Below the pieces are notes generated by a model, which did not search any database, was not told the DNA's origin, and saw nothing but the letters and a program-made list of their open reading frames with translations. A DNA stretch of 64,000 nt, from contig BDGG01000008.1 of assembly GCA_001949185.1 (NCBI GenBank), forward strand, positions 682,001-746,000, in the 5' to 3' direction. Of this stretch, positions 25,801-38,965 are shown in pieces (within the stretch, counting starts at the first letter, position 1; every line of letters begins with the position of its first letter). Origin of the DNA: Ramazzottius varieornatus (taxonomy: Eukaryota; Animalia; Tardigrada). Made by a program: the position numbers and the translations under genes.

Positions 25801-28504
25801 CGGACAGGGACGCGAATGTTGTCCCGTTGGATCATGTCTCTCATTATCAGATCAATGTCTTGTTCTTCTTCGCAGATAAACATGTTTCGATTATCGTACG
25901 AAAGGACCGACTCCAGGATACTCGCGTGTCGCACATTCTTTTCTTTCATTTGAATCTGAAAAACAGACAAAACGCTTACAGATGTAGAAAATAATTTCCT
26001 TACGTGGATCTCGCCTGTTGTGTTAGATATTAATATAAGTCTAGAATGTTATATTTTACCTCTGCAAAGACCGGGCCGTACACTTTGCCCTTCAAGCGAT
26101 CGCGGTTGGCCTCCAGCCACTTTCGAGCTTGGATATGCTGCTGCTGTGGATGACGTTCCAGAAACTGCGTAAGCTGGTCCTGAGCGTTCTCCATCCGCTT
26201 GATATCACCAAGAGTAGCTCAAAACAGACACTCATACAACGTTGTCCAACACGCACACTTGGCCAAAACAACGAATAAAATTCGTACCGTGAATTGTCTC
26301 GTCCACTCTCCTTCGTTCCGCCAAGCACGCGTTCTTTTCTTGTCCCAACTTTTCCATCTCTCTGTTCAGCTTCTGCTGTTCCCTGGATTTGCTCAACGTG
26401 GCGGCCTAAAACCCATCAAGTCACGAAGACCCGTTCCAAGGTATCAGAACTGTTACGATGGAGTTCATAGCGGATAGTAAAAGTGACCACCAATAGACAA
26501 GCAAGCCGCTCGTTTTTATAATGTGACACATGCGTCCCGTATAGACAGATGAAACCGTCTAACCTCTTTCACGTGTAATTTAAAAGTCCCGCTAACCCAA
26601 TCAGTCCAGAAAATGAATAACGTATTAGGGAAAACCGTACTTTCAGCTCGTCGGGGTTGAGTTCCGGGTCCGCCGTAGCTTCCAGGTTGGACTTGGCTAT
26701 ACGCAGATCTGCGATCTTCCTTAGACGACCTTCATCCTGCCTTTTGGCAGCAGCCAGTTTGGCCAGTTCAGCGTTATTCTAGAGCACAAAGCAAAGATGG
26801 AATCATGGAACAGCTCGGATGAAGGATACCGCCACGCAATTCTTCTAACATTGTACGAAACATCACTCAAAAGCTTTCGAACAGGTCTACCAACTCACGG
26901 CTTTTTGCAGGTTCTCCGTCTCGTCAGCCAAGAACTTGGCATCATGAGCTCTGTTACAAGCTTCGACGTCCTTTTTGGCCGATGCTAGAGCCTTGCATGC
27001 CTCCGTAGTGATGACGGCATTCTTGTTCAGCTTCTTCTGGAACGGCATGATGACTTCGGCGTTCTTGTGAATCTCGTCCTTGGTCTTCTCCAGCTCAGCT
27101 TTGGCCTTCGCCAGTTCTGTCTGCTGTTTGACCAGCAACTGCAAGAATTACCAACCGTTAGACTCAATCAAAGTTATATGTTGTTTCTAACTGTACCAGT
27201 CTATCCTTCTTCAAGGCGGCCAAGTGCATGGTGGTCAGGAACTCCTGCCGCGCTTCCATGGCTTCCACGTCTTGTTTCAGATGTGCTTCTTTGTCCTTCC
27301 CTTCATCCAACGCCCGTCGCAGTTGGTCCACCTGCTTCGCTTCGTTCTGCCACTGCGTTCCAACCGTCTTCAGCTCTTCGTGTATCTTTTCCAAATCGAC
27401 ATTTCCGATCTAACAATCATGGAGCAAACTGATTATTTCTAACACAAAGTTCGAAAACGTCATGCGAGGTCGGCAAATGAAGCTTGCAAGATTGTTGACT
27501 CGAGTGGCGCACGCTTCCGTTGTTATCGGCAGGAAGAATGCGCCACTAAAGGTATGGATCTTGTACATTTCGTCCACCGGCCTTTCATGTGACGGCCGAC
27601 GGAATAAATTCATACCGTTTTCTCGGTGTTTTCCAGAAGCTGAACCGAGGACATGAGACTGAAGTCGATGACGCGCTCTTGAGGAAGAAACTGCACGAGG
27701 TTATCGGCCATGATATTGAGATCTTTGATCTCCCTCAGGTATCGCTCCCATGAGACGTGCTGGCCGTTAACGAAGCATTCGTTTGAGCCTTTCCTCTTGA
27801 GAACACGCTTAAGCACGATGGGTTCGTTTCCAGGGTTTGCTCTTTTAAATGAAAACGAAACATAATCTCAAACAACACTTAAAATTGGCGAAAACTATCT
27901 TACAAAGTAAGCTCGATCGTGGCGACAGGTCTGCCGTGTTTGATGTAGTCCGAGACACTGCTAGCTCGGCCGATGAAGGAGGGCGATGATCCGCAGCCGA
28001 TGGCGATGGCGCAGACGATGGAAGACTTGCCGCTGCCATTTCTGCCCAGGATAAAGTTAATTTTTGGACCCGGCTTTTGTATGACATGCTCGTATGTCCT
28101 GTAATAAGAAATAAAAATTATGGATAAACTCAAACTATCCCTAAAGCACAATCTAATACGGGCAATCTTGTTCTCTTGCAAGGACTCGCGGACACGAACA
28201 TACAAGTTCAACCAAGTTGTAACGGAGGAAAACCATGCAGACACTATTAAGATCAAAACGGCACTCCTTCAACCATTACGTAACCATCAGCGATCGTACT
28301 TGCCCAGCCGAACTCACCATAATACCTATAACATTAGGTCGAAAACACTGAATTTTCTGGCCGGAAGAAGACTACAGAACATCATAGTGAGACTTTTGAT
28401 AGACTCGAGAGGGTGACAGAGGTGCAAACAGCAGTAGAATCGACTTACATGAAATCTCGGAGTTCGATTTGCGTGATGGCTCCTCTAGGATAGTCCTTCT
28501 CCAT
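22872..28504 (-). CDS. SMC5: Structural maintenance of chromosomes protein 5 (many exons)
   Basis: GAITQIELRDFMTY, PGPKINFILGRNGSGKSSIVCAIAIG (Walker A), NLVQFLPQERV, HSGGEKSVATALYMLAIQ (signature), PFRVVDEINQGMD (Walker B/D-loop), QYFILSPK. Confidence 0.96.
24880..24998. mobile_element. Dispersed short palindromic element (GTGGCGCAC family)
   Basis: TTCCAAGCGGCGCAT…ATGCGCCACTTGGGAAAATGATCTGGTCGAGCTC in an SMC5 intron. Confidence 0.7.
27481..27565. mobile_element. Dispersed short palindromic element (GTGGCGCAC family)
   Basis: CAAGATTGTTGACTCGAGTGGCGCAC…ATGCGCCACTAAAGGTATGGATCTTG in an SMC5 intron. Confidence 0.65.
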
Positions 28505-31039
28505 AGTGAATACTCTGTAAAACAACCTACGAAAGACGAAGCGCTTGTTCATCAAGCATATGCATCCACCAGCTGCAGCAGCCATACAGACGGTGAGTTT
28601 TTGCCATTTCCGGTTGACGTCAAGCTGGTATCTACGATCTCTACAGAACATTCATGGCGACAAATAGTTTGCTAACCTGGTGTACAGCTCCTGATGAGAT
28701 CCGTGGGTGTTCCAAGGTATGAATCCGCTGGAGAAATCCCTGGGAAAGCTCGAAAGCTTGAAAAATAGCTGCTGGCTGCGACACTGCGTCGTCGATCGAG
28801 ACGGCTCCGATCCCTATGGAAATGAAACAGAGTGGTAGACTGAATTGTCATCCACGATGATGATGGTTGATGGAGACCAAGAAGGCATCACGAAGCGAGA
28901 GATTGCCAGAATTCCCTTCTATAATTGCCTCCGGAAACGCAAAGAGTTTTGTGCCGACTGCCGAAATACGCGCGACGGATCTTCTGGTAGCGAGAAGATT
29001 ATCAGCGAGTGAGAGCGCGTTTGACGTCAGACTGCGGATCGTTCTGGCGGACACAAAGACCAATCAAAAAGTCCGTTGGCGCTGAATGGGCGCCAAGAGT
29101 TTTCGGCTGGGCGGCATGCCTTGTGGTCTGGGAGCCAGCAAACCACTCTAACAATTGCCCCTTCCGCCAGTGCGAACCAGGCGGGGATACATGCCAACGG
29201 AGCGAGTTAAGATGCGAGGTGGACGCCTCTTTCGTCCGCACTAACATATCAAACCGTGGTAAACACTTTGGTCATACTCGGATCTTCCGGGATCTTCTTT
29301 TGTTCTCTTCGTAAATGTCCCACTTGCAAGTTTCATCAACAAGGCGCCGATGAAAACCGAGGCTTGTCATTTTCCCTCCTTTGCTACTCTTTGTTCGTTG
29401 TTTTACCCGAACTTTTGCCTCATCTTTTTCTTTCTTTTTGTTTCAAAGTCAAAAGTCCAAAACTGAGATTTTGTTCGTTGTTTCCTTTTCGTTACTTCAC
29501 TGACGCTTCTTTTTCTTGCAGGTTCTTGTTTCCGACTGGGCGGTGAAAGGTCGGAAGATGCCGAGCGTCGAGCTTCCTGAAGAGGCTATTCCGAAGGACA
29601 AGATGGCGGCGGAGCTGATGCAGTGGATCACGAAAGCTGCAGAGGATTTTCCTGGAGAAGGTGACACGTCTCAGTCCTTCCTCGACGAGATATTTCCTCC
29701 TCCGCAAGAGTTTGAAGGTGGCGTCCTGACACAACAGCAAGAGGAAGTACAGTCAGAATCGTTGGACCACAGCCTGCTGGACGCTAAACTTCCTGATATC
29801 AGCGTCGGCATCATGTGGCCCCTTCTGTCTTCAGAACTGAACGGTATGTCCTCCACGTCGCCATGGCCGAACAAGAAAGAAAGCTTGGATAAGGCGGAAG
29901 AGCCGAAAGACTTGCCGGTTCAGTTAGAGACCCCCGAAGAACCCAAAGATCTCCCGGAAGTGAAGTCGGAGTCCCCAGCCGAACAGGTGCCATATAACGA
30001 AGAAGGACCGAAGTTCGTACCTGAAGCTGAAGAAAAGAACACTCCCGAAGAGCTCAGGGAAGTACCGGAATGTGTCTTTGTGGGCGTTGTCGACGAGGAA
30101 AGTAAAGTGAGCGGATGGGAAGACTTCATCACACAGTCGGAGATCGGCAAAGGTATTCGTAACTTTTGGTTTACTTTCGATTCTTATCTAACGGCGCCTC
30201 TTTCCATCATCAGGTGACTTTTCCCTGCTGGAGGCTGACCAAGGTATGGGAAGCGACTTTGGAAGTGCAGAGAAGGCTCTGGATCATCCAGCAACCTACA
30301 CTGAAGAAGAAAAGCCACTGCTACTTCTGGACTTCTCGCCACAAGGTACTCCCACACCGCCTCCGTCGGAGTCGACGTCCATAACCGAGATGAAAGTAAG
30401 TGAGTCAGAAGCAGGAGACGTCGAGAACGACTTGGAACAGCTGGATGAGTGGATGGAGCAAGACCCTTCTCTTCAGCCTTGTCCAACGATCGACGATGTG
30501 GAGGTGAGCGACTGGGCCACTGAGGACGACGAGTACGTCACGGCAAGTAAAGCTGAACCTGAAAGCGCAGCAAAGACAAAGACTCCCGGTCCGGACTTCC
30601 TTCTTCCTGGATCCACCGACGAGCGATGGTATAACACGTCCCCCCAGCTTTTGAGTGTCGAAACGAGGTAAGTCAGTGTACTATCTCAATAGCCTTGCTA
30701 TTGTCATCGGACAAGTATCGAACGTTCCTGGTTCTGGGTGTAGATACTGAATCTCATCCGGAACAACGATGTCTCCATCATCACTGGAAACACTGGGTGC
30801 GGGAAGTCCACCTATGTTCCACTCTTCATCATGGACGAGATGGAGATTCGTGGTTCCAGCTCGAAAGCCTGCAACATTCTTGCTGTACTGCCTCGTCGCT
30901 TCGCAGTGACAAGCTTGTCAAGCTATATCTATCAGAAGCGCGGCTACTTTCTCGGGAAGAAGATCGGCTATCAAGTACGTTCACTTCGATCTTTCAAATT
31001 TTTTTCCCAAAATTGGAGCTGAGCAAGCAAACCGTACAA

Positions 31040-31115
31040 GGTGTTCCTTTCCTGTGGCGCACGTTCTCGTCGTAATTGGTCGGAAGAGTGCGCCACTGAA
31101 GTTAACCATCTTGCA
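31040..31115. mobile_element. Dispersed short palindromic element (GTGGCGCAC family)
   Basis: CTGTGGCGCACGTTCTC…GAAGAGTGCGCCACTG in a spn-E intron. Confidence 0.65.
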
Positions 31116-34100
31116 TGTTTTTTTGCCCAGCTTCTGGATGTTGTCTTTTTATGTTGTTCATTCATCTTCGTCGTTCTGCAGGTCGGCATACAGACGGCGG
31201 TCCGCTCACGAGGAACGAAGATCATGTTCGTTACTATTGGTGTCTTCCTCCAAAGAGCCTGTAACGTATTGAGCAAGAGTGAAGATCCTAGCAAGGAGGA
31301 CCCTTTGGCTGGGTAGTCTCACGTCACCATCGACGAGGTGTGTGAAGCCTTTCACTCACCGTAGCTTTTGCTCGGATAGTTTTTCTAAACTGTCAATTGT
31401 GCAGGTGCATGAACGGTCTGAAGATGTCGACTTTGCCATGCTGTTGATGCGGCAAGCCGTTGGGAAGACTAAGGCGAAGGTAACGTAATTAAACTTAGAT
31501 TCTATATTCGTATCTTTCAAGTAACAAGTGGTGAATACGGTGCCGGGAAATTTTGCAGATTATTCTGATGTCAGCCACAATGTCCCTGAAGCCCTCCCTG
31601 GATTACTTCAAGAATGACATTACCACGATGCGGCCTTCGCATTTCGACATCACCGGAAAACCCGCGCAGTCTGTCGAAGTTGTGTACTTGGACGACATTG
31701 TCAGCGACCCTCCGGTAAAGTCTAGCATACTTTTAGAGGCTAGCATTGACTTAACGTTTTCTCGTCGTTCTTTTCAGGCCTTTTATATAGATAGACAACA
31801 GTTCTCGGATCTCCTCATGGACTTGGTACTTCGTCACATCGACAGGGAATTTCAGCGATATCCGTAAGTCGCATAGATTTCAAGACGAAACCACGCAGGA
31901 AGCTACAACAGTGTAACCGGCGATCATTCTGACAGGAACAAGAAGGACCAGGGAACCGTACTAGTGTTCCTTCCGGGTCTGGACAACATCGAACGAATGC
32001 TGGAGCGTATCAAGGAAGATTTCGGATACAGAGTGTGAGTTTTCGCTGATCGACTGGATTGACTTTTGATCTCTAATCTATCCGGGACAAGTGTTCCAAG
32101 TTTATCGATGGCTTTTTGAAGACTGTAGGCGAGAATAAGTTACACACGCTTACACATGCTTTTTTCGATGCAGTCCAAGACAGTAAAAGTCTGCAAGCTG
32201 CATTCGTTGTTGTCGCAGCAGGTCCAGGCCAAAGTCTTCCGGAAACTTCGACCGCACGTTCTTCGAATCGTACTGGCTACCAACATTGCGGAGAGTTCCA
32301 TCACTGTACCGGAAGTGGCGAAAGGTACTCGTACTGAATTACTTATTCAACTAGGAATTGTTTGATGGATGACACCCAATGATTCCCAGTTTACATACCT
32401 AGTAACGGGATATGTTCCAGTGTACGATTTTTGCTTGACGAAACGGATAGTGACCGACAAAGAGACGAAGATGACTTTCCTCCAGATGCAGTGGGCATCT
32501 CAGAGCAACTGCGACCAACGCAAAGGTATGATAAATCTTGCATCTAGAAATTAACACTGAGTCCGCACACCGTTCCGTTGAAGCGGAACGAAGATAAGTT
32601 ATTAAATTTGTGTGTTCGTAGGTCGAGCTGGACGAGTGCGTGATGGCCAGGTCATTCGACTGGTTCCTCAGTGGTTCTTCGAAGAGTTCGAGAAGCATCC
32701 TCGTCCAGAACTTTAGGTACGGATATTACTGTGCAACATAAATCAAACAGTCTAGATTCTTAATAGCTCCACCAACCTTGTTTTGATGATTGACAGCTGG
32801 TGGCGCCAACTACATCGATCCTGCGGCCGAAGGTGATGGGATTTCCAGGGAGTCCGTTAGATCAGATGTCCAACAAGATGATCGGACCTGAGAAGCCCGA
32901 TGAACAGGAAGTTCAACGGGCCATCTTGTGGCTGAAAGAGGTAGGTCGATCTTTGGGCTTTCTAATTCGTGCTGAGTTGAACTTTCACAATAGTTATGAG
33001 CTCCACTTGCAGAAAGGTGCGCTGAGCCTGTATCACAAGAAAGAACTCAAGACGGACGACGGGGACACATCTGCTTCCTCCTTCCCCTCTCTCCAGCTCT
33101 GTGCCGACTAATCTATTTCGCGTTCTCTTTCGGCATGGTGGACGACGGTATAGTCCTGGGTGGGTTCCTTCGCTAATTTAAAGCGCACTCGGTAACCAGA
33201 GCTAAACTCTGCTCTTTCTTGCAGCTTGTGTGATCAACGCCAAAAGTCTTCTGTCTTCGGCGATTCGAACGCAGGACAGTGGTTACTTCTCGAAGCGGTC
33301 TTTCGATGGTGGAATGAAGAGCGAGTCCCTGGCATCTTTCCGAGCTTTCCGGGTAAGGGGAGTTCGTAACGTGACGAACGTGAAGACCTTCATATAGTAG
33401 CACATCCAATATTTTCGGTTTCTGGTCGATGAGAGCTTGCGTTTCTCTAGTTGACTGACAATCAGAAGACTGAGACTTAGGAAGAATAAAAATTTTCTAT
33501 TTGAATAGGTTTGGATGTCTCGAGGTGAAGCCGGTGAGTTCCCCGCTCTCAACCAGGAAGGTGAAGAAAGTGACAAGTCCCGTGCCGAACAGCGATGGTG
33601 CGAAGCAAACTCGCTTTCATTCATTCGACTGCGAGAGGTAATCTCCAGGCTTCTCGTAAATATTCTCATTCCATCTTTTGCAATGTTGACATCTCGATTA
33701 GTGTTGGCGGTTTCTTTCCGGACTCGCATCATGGTGTACGAGATCAGGTTTCGAGTCTTCCAGATCGGACTGTACAACGGAAACCCGACGTACTTCCTGA
33801 AGGAGTTCGAAGCTGACCCGACGTGGCAGCTCGTCATGAAGGTAGTTTCCCTTGAAAGTTTTGCTGGAACATTCCGGTGGTTTATTCAAAGTATCTTCTT
33901 TCAGATCATACTTGCGGGCGCCTTCTACAGTATTCCGACTACGTTATTTCCGCTCCCAAGCTGAACCCAGGCAACACGGCCGAAACTCTCAAAGAAGCTG
34001 CGGAAGCTAACTTTAAAAAGTTCGCCGGCCTGGATCCCTTCCGAACAGTCCAGGTATCCCTTCCTGGTCAGTGGAAGTACTTGATGCCGCTGTTCTACGA

Positions 34101-35250
34101 CACGCAGCTTCGTCGCTGGCTTGCTTCTGTTACGGAAAGCGACATGACTCCACAGATCATCTATTGTGGAAGCCAGCAAGTCCCTTTTTTTACTGCGTTT
34201 TTTCTCATGAGTTTCATGCCATCAAAATTTTCGTTAATAGTTTCAGCTTCACGCCTTTAATTCTTATCCTACAGGGCTTTAATTTCGCTGAATCAAACGG
34301 TCGATGATGCGCCAAGTCCACCTTGCTGTCCGGCGAGAAACTCATCCGTTTGAATCACCGGTACGAACACAAAGTTATCTCGTTTGAACATTACGCCATG
34401 TCATGTTGTTTCTTCTACGGGTAGAAATGCTTACGGAAGGAGAGTGATCGATGTGAGCTTCGACGCAATCCATAACAGCTGTGGTCAAGATCTTCTCAGC
34501 CAAATGCCGGACCTGCCATGGTGGGTTTCGCATCCATAGACTGTCTCCTTTGACACACAATGTCATATCCTCATGCCAGAGTTAGGGCTGGCAAACTGCA
34601 TTGTATTCTGTCTAATCATGATGTCTTCTTGTTCGTGAAGGTTCAAGCTCGAACGGACTTCCGACCAGCGACAAATTTCGGCAGCGGTATTCCCCATGGT
34701 CGAGTCGCAACTTGGGAGCCCAACCCGCCCACAAATCCGCATTACCAAGGTAGGTGGTAAAATTATGCAGTTAGCTGTCGTAAACTGAAAAGGGAGGCTA
34801 CCGCGGCAGGAAATAGTGAGTTTTGACTGTGTCAGATTTTCTTTTTCATTTTGTAGGCTGTGGACGAGTGTTCCTTTTACGCCCGGATCTTCGTTGTGGA
34901 CCGGATCCCATCCAGGAAGTTGATGGTTTGATCATCAGCATGGTGACTGAACGCCGTTGCCGACCACCGGTTCGTATCGTTTACACTTTGGTACTTTTCT
35001 CGAGTTTTCAACTGTGAAGTTCGTCACTGTTCCTGTCTTCCGATAGGTTCCCTCGGAGTAATCCACACTCACTGGAAGATTTGTTCTGGCTGACTTGAAG
35101 GTGTCGGTGTCGAAGACGGGCCTGCGCAAGTCATGCGAAGCTGCAAGGGCGGTATCGTGGAGGTGAGCGTCTCTATCTGTCGCTTTAATATGTAATGATG
35201 GTTGTACAGCGGTCAGCGTAGACTCTTTTAAGATCTAAATTTCTAGTATA

Positions 35251-35404
35251 CTGTAGTGCTACCAAATTATCGCGCACTCTAGCACGTGAACAGTAAATGA
35301 TGCCCGGGTGTGAGCCAGCGAGGCTAAACTGATAGCATCTGATCGCACTGGGCTGCGATGACTCATCACGTGGTGCAGTGCGCGATAATTTGGTAGCACT
35401 ACAG
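35251..35404. mobile_element. MITE with CTGTA…TACAG termini (Tc1/mariner-superfamily-like)
   Basis: 28-bp TIR CTGTAGTGCTACCAAATTATCGCGCACT / AGTGCGCGATAATTTGGTAGCACTACAG; TA on left, AA on right; inside a spn-E Tudor-region intron. Confidence 0.82.
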
Positions 35405-37667
35405 AAGTATTTTTTTTGCGGCCAGGTCTTCTTTGTGGACTTCGGTATACGGTCTTTGGTCTCGTGCGGCACCATTCGCTTCGTTCCTCCGTTCGAGAAG
35501 CAGTGTATGTCGTTCTGGGAGACGCCAGCACTCGCACTGGAATGCTCCTTGCCGCATCAGTACGTCTACTGTGGGACAGAGGAAGGGAAGCTGGACCTTT
35601 GGTCGCGCTACGCAAAGGAAAGCCTCTGCTGTGACGTAAGCATCTGACATCTAGAATTGAATGGGCAATTGCTTAACGATATTCACCAGTTTCCCAATGC
35701 GGCCAAAGGTTATCTGTTGACTACAGATTGGAAAGAGTCACGGAAATGGCGCACGATCTACTCACTGTGGACCCTCTTTCTGGTTTTCATTTGTCCATGT
35801 ATCGCAAACTTCAGGAGCAGGGTGTATTCTACAAGGATGAGTTTGCTTTAAGGCCGGTACGAACCCATCGCAAGGCTGACAGTTCTGGCTCAACGAGTAC
35901 GCCTTCAGATAATTGTTTTCTTTTTCCAGCGGATCTTCCCGTTGGAGAAAGTCGTCGTCATCCCGCACGCGGCTCTGCCGGACCCAGTTTACCTTCCGAA
36001 CGATGCGCTTGGACCCAACGCCTCCGTCAAGGTGCGGCTAAGTTTATGTCCCGTGGATATTCTTTTTACAAGCAAGCTCATGAAATTAACCCTATCTTTC
36101 AGGTTCCGCTTCCTGGTCAACCGGACAGCCCGTTCGAAGTTCAGGCATATGCTGGCGGAGACGATCGATGGACGTACATGCTTCCTCGGTAAGCATACTG
36201 TACATCCAGCTTGGTCACTGGGTGGCCGAGAAGACTTGAATAACCTTGGTCCGATGTTCTTTTGTAGTATGGTCCAAATTCAATCGGAAAGCCTGAACAA
36301 CGTCGTTCTTCGGAAGCAGAAGCCGGGTTCTTGTGCGGTCTTGGTGCCAGGCCTAAACTACCTTGCTAGCTCTCTGTTTCCGGCTTACGACTTTTTCATC
36401 AACAGCGATGGTGTCTTGGACCACGACGATGTCGAGACGGTAAGCCTGAGTGGAAAAACAGCGACCCGTTTTAATTTAAAACGTCAGAGTACCTTCTTAA
36501 AGGTCAGATGACTCTAGTCCAGTTTACTAACGCTGTATGCTTCACAGATTCGTCAGCTGAGAGAGGCCATGAACACCGTTCCCGTTGAAGCAAACGAGTA
36601 CATCTTGACTGGCCGCACGTCTGCCGAAGAGGTTGATTACTTCAAGCAGGCTCCGGAAATCCAGGCTGGTCTGCGCGAAATGCTTGTTACGTGAGTACAG
36701 TACGCATACAGTACATACAAGCACGAACTGACTGACAGATCCAGGTTGAGTAATTGGTGAAATTTTCTTTCAGGTCGTTCCGACGTTTCCGACCGGCCAA
36801 GATCACCTGTGAATTGAGACCCGGCGACCCGACTAGCTCCCTGTACTGGAACAGCGCACATCCCGATCGAATCTCCCTACCAGAGGACCCGGCTGAACGT
36901 CGATCCCTTTTGAATCGCATCAATTACGATTAGGTTGCGAGGATCGGGATGCGCAGTCTTTCAGTAGTTTCTCCTCGTTCTAGTTCAGAATATTTAATCT
37001 TTCATTACACTTCTAGTTTAGGCTATCTTTTTTTATGTACGATTTTCACTCCGTTGTTAGCAGCAGCTTTCGAGTACTAGTTGAATAGGCCGCTTTCTTT
37101 TGGGTTTCGGGCTTCCAGGATTTTAGCCTTTCAGCTGTTACAGACAAGATAACCATTCCATGTCGAACATTGTTCTTTGTCTACATTAAGCTCTTTGGAC
37201 GGAAACTAAGCGTTGTCATATTTGACTTCGATTTTCACGGATATGGTCGGATACTACAGAGGGAAAATAAAACGGCGCAGAATTAATTTTGTGTTCGGTG
37301 GACCGACGGTGGTGAGTGTGGTGACATCTACCGCGTCGAGCTGAATATCAAATTTGTCAACCAGCTTGTCTGTTACCTATGGTGCGCCATCCCGTGGAGC
37401 GAGAGTGACTAGACAGTCCATCCCAACTTGAAAACAGTTCATCTTTCGAACTTCCCGAGTTCCCGTTCTGTTCCGCTGGAAGACAAGCCACTCGTTCATA
37501 TCTCTTTGCTTCTAGCATTTTGATACGGAGTCTGACGGAGTCTGGAGGTGCGGATCAACCAACCTGTGCTACACCATTGACTTAAGAGTACTTGGGCCTC
37601 GGACATCTCGGCTGACGCGTTTGACGAAGTGAAGATCAGTATACGACTACACTCTAGTGACCCTACT

Positions 37668-38766
37668 ATGTGTGACCATGGCCATGGACGTGGACACGGC
37701 GGTGGAGGACATGGGGGACACGGACATGGCGGAGGATCTTGTGCTGATGAACACACTGGTGATGATGTGGAGCGTGGAGTACAGTACAGTTTGTTCATGA
37801 AGATTGACCTGGATCATTTGGAATGGTGAGTGTATAATTACACCGAAAAAGTCTTTTGAAGCCTCGCATGTACACATGTATATCACATTTTTCACCTACG
37901 ACTTTTTATGTTTGAAGTTTAGGGGAGGCCGACGAAGGATCTGGAAAGACGGTGTTTCGTGCTTGGGAAGACAGAGCAGCTCGGGACAAGGTATCAAACA
38001 TTTGGATCCACTTAAGTGACTGAAGTCTTAAGTTTAGCTAATTGAAATATCGTTATATGTTTTTGCATATAGTATGTTGAAAGCATGGATGATCAAGAAC
38101 TCCTTTTCAATATTCCGTAAGTCGAACATGCTAGCTGCCGTCTTTTACAAGTTTCACCTCACGAGAGATATGTGTCTTAGTTTTACCGGAAATGTGAAGC
38201 TTAAAGGAATCATCGTCAGCGGAGAAGACAGTGATACACATCCCGCAACTATGCGCCTGTAAGTTGCGCACCGCATGGTCTTCCGGGTTCGTGGTCATCC
38301 AGAACCTTAGGAGCCACGGCTGAAAATCAGGACGTGTGGTTTTCTCGACTTTGTGTTTGACAGGTACAAGAACAGACCCCAAATGTCTTTCGACGACACC
38401 ACTCTCACTCCGGATCAAGAGTTCGAACTACAGCGCGATCCCACGGGTGACATCGAATATGGAGTAAAGTAAGCTTTCGTGCCGTTCATTCCTGGAATGC
38501 TGGACGCTTTACGCGTGAAACGGAATGAAGCATAACTTGTCCCCTCTGATCACAGGATCGTGAAGTTCGCAACGGTCCACCATTTGACCATTCACTTCAA
38601 GAGAAACTTTGGCGGTGAGACCACGAGAATCTACTACATCGGCCTGAGAGGCGAATTCACGCAGTCTCGAAGAGAGGAGATTGTGATCGCGAACTACGAG
38701 CTGAAACCAAACCCTTGTGATAATACGCTCAAAGAGAAGACAGCCTCTTCCCATTTCGTACAGTAG
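37668..38766 (+). CDS. PITHD1: PITH domain-containing protein 1 (multi-exon)
   Basis: His/Gly-rich N-terminus, GSGKTVFRAW, DQELLFNIPFTGNVKLKGIIV, RLYKNRPQMSFDD, HHLTIHFKRNFG, TRIYYIGLRGEF. Confidence 0.93.
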
Positions 38767-38965
38767 GGACGCTTCGTATTGAGTTCGATGATGCAGAGCC
38801 ATTTAAGTTAACCGGTCAGCATAAACTTTGATGTACAGTTTCCCTCTTTACTTCACTTTGTTCTTCCTGACTATCTCAGTCTAAAACATACAATTAGTTC
38901 ACAATTTTTTGCTACGGTCATTTTTACACAAACGAATGGAGAAGTTTACCGACGGATTTCTTCAC

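Larger units (their letters stand above)
29558..36933 (+). pseudogene. spn-E: spindle-E/TDRD9 DExH-box Tudor RNA helicase, apparently disabled
   Basis: Motifs GNTGCGKST, PRR, DEVHER, IILMSAT, VLVFLPG, LATNIAESSITVP, VYDFCLTK, WASQSNCDQRKGRAGR, IILAGAFY, GLDPFRTV and Tudor VFFVDFG identify TDRD9/spn-E. Reading-frame lesions at ~30640, 32714-32716 (TAG), ~33066, 33926-33930 and probably ~34300 and ~35059/35095. Confidence 0.85.
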
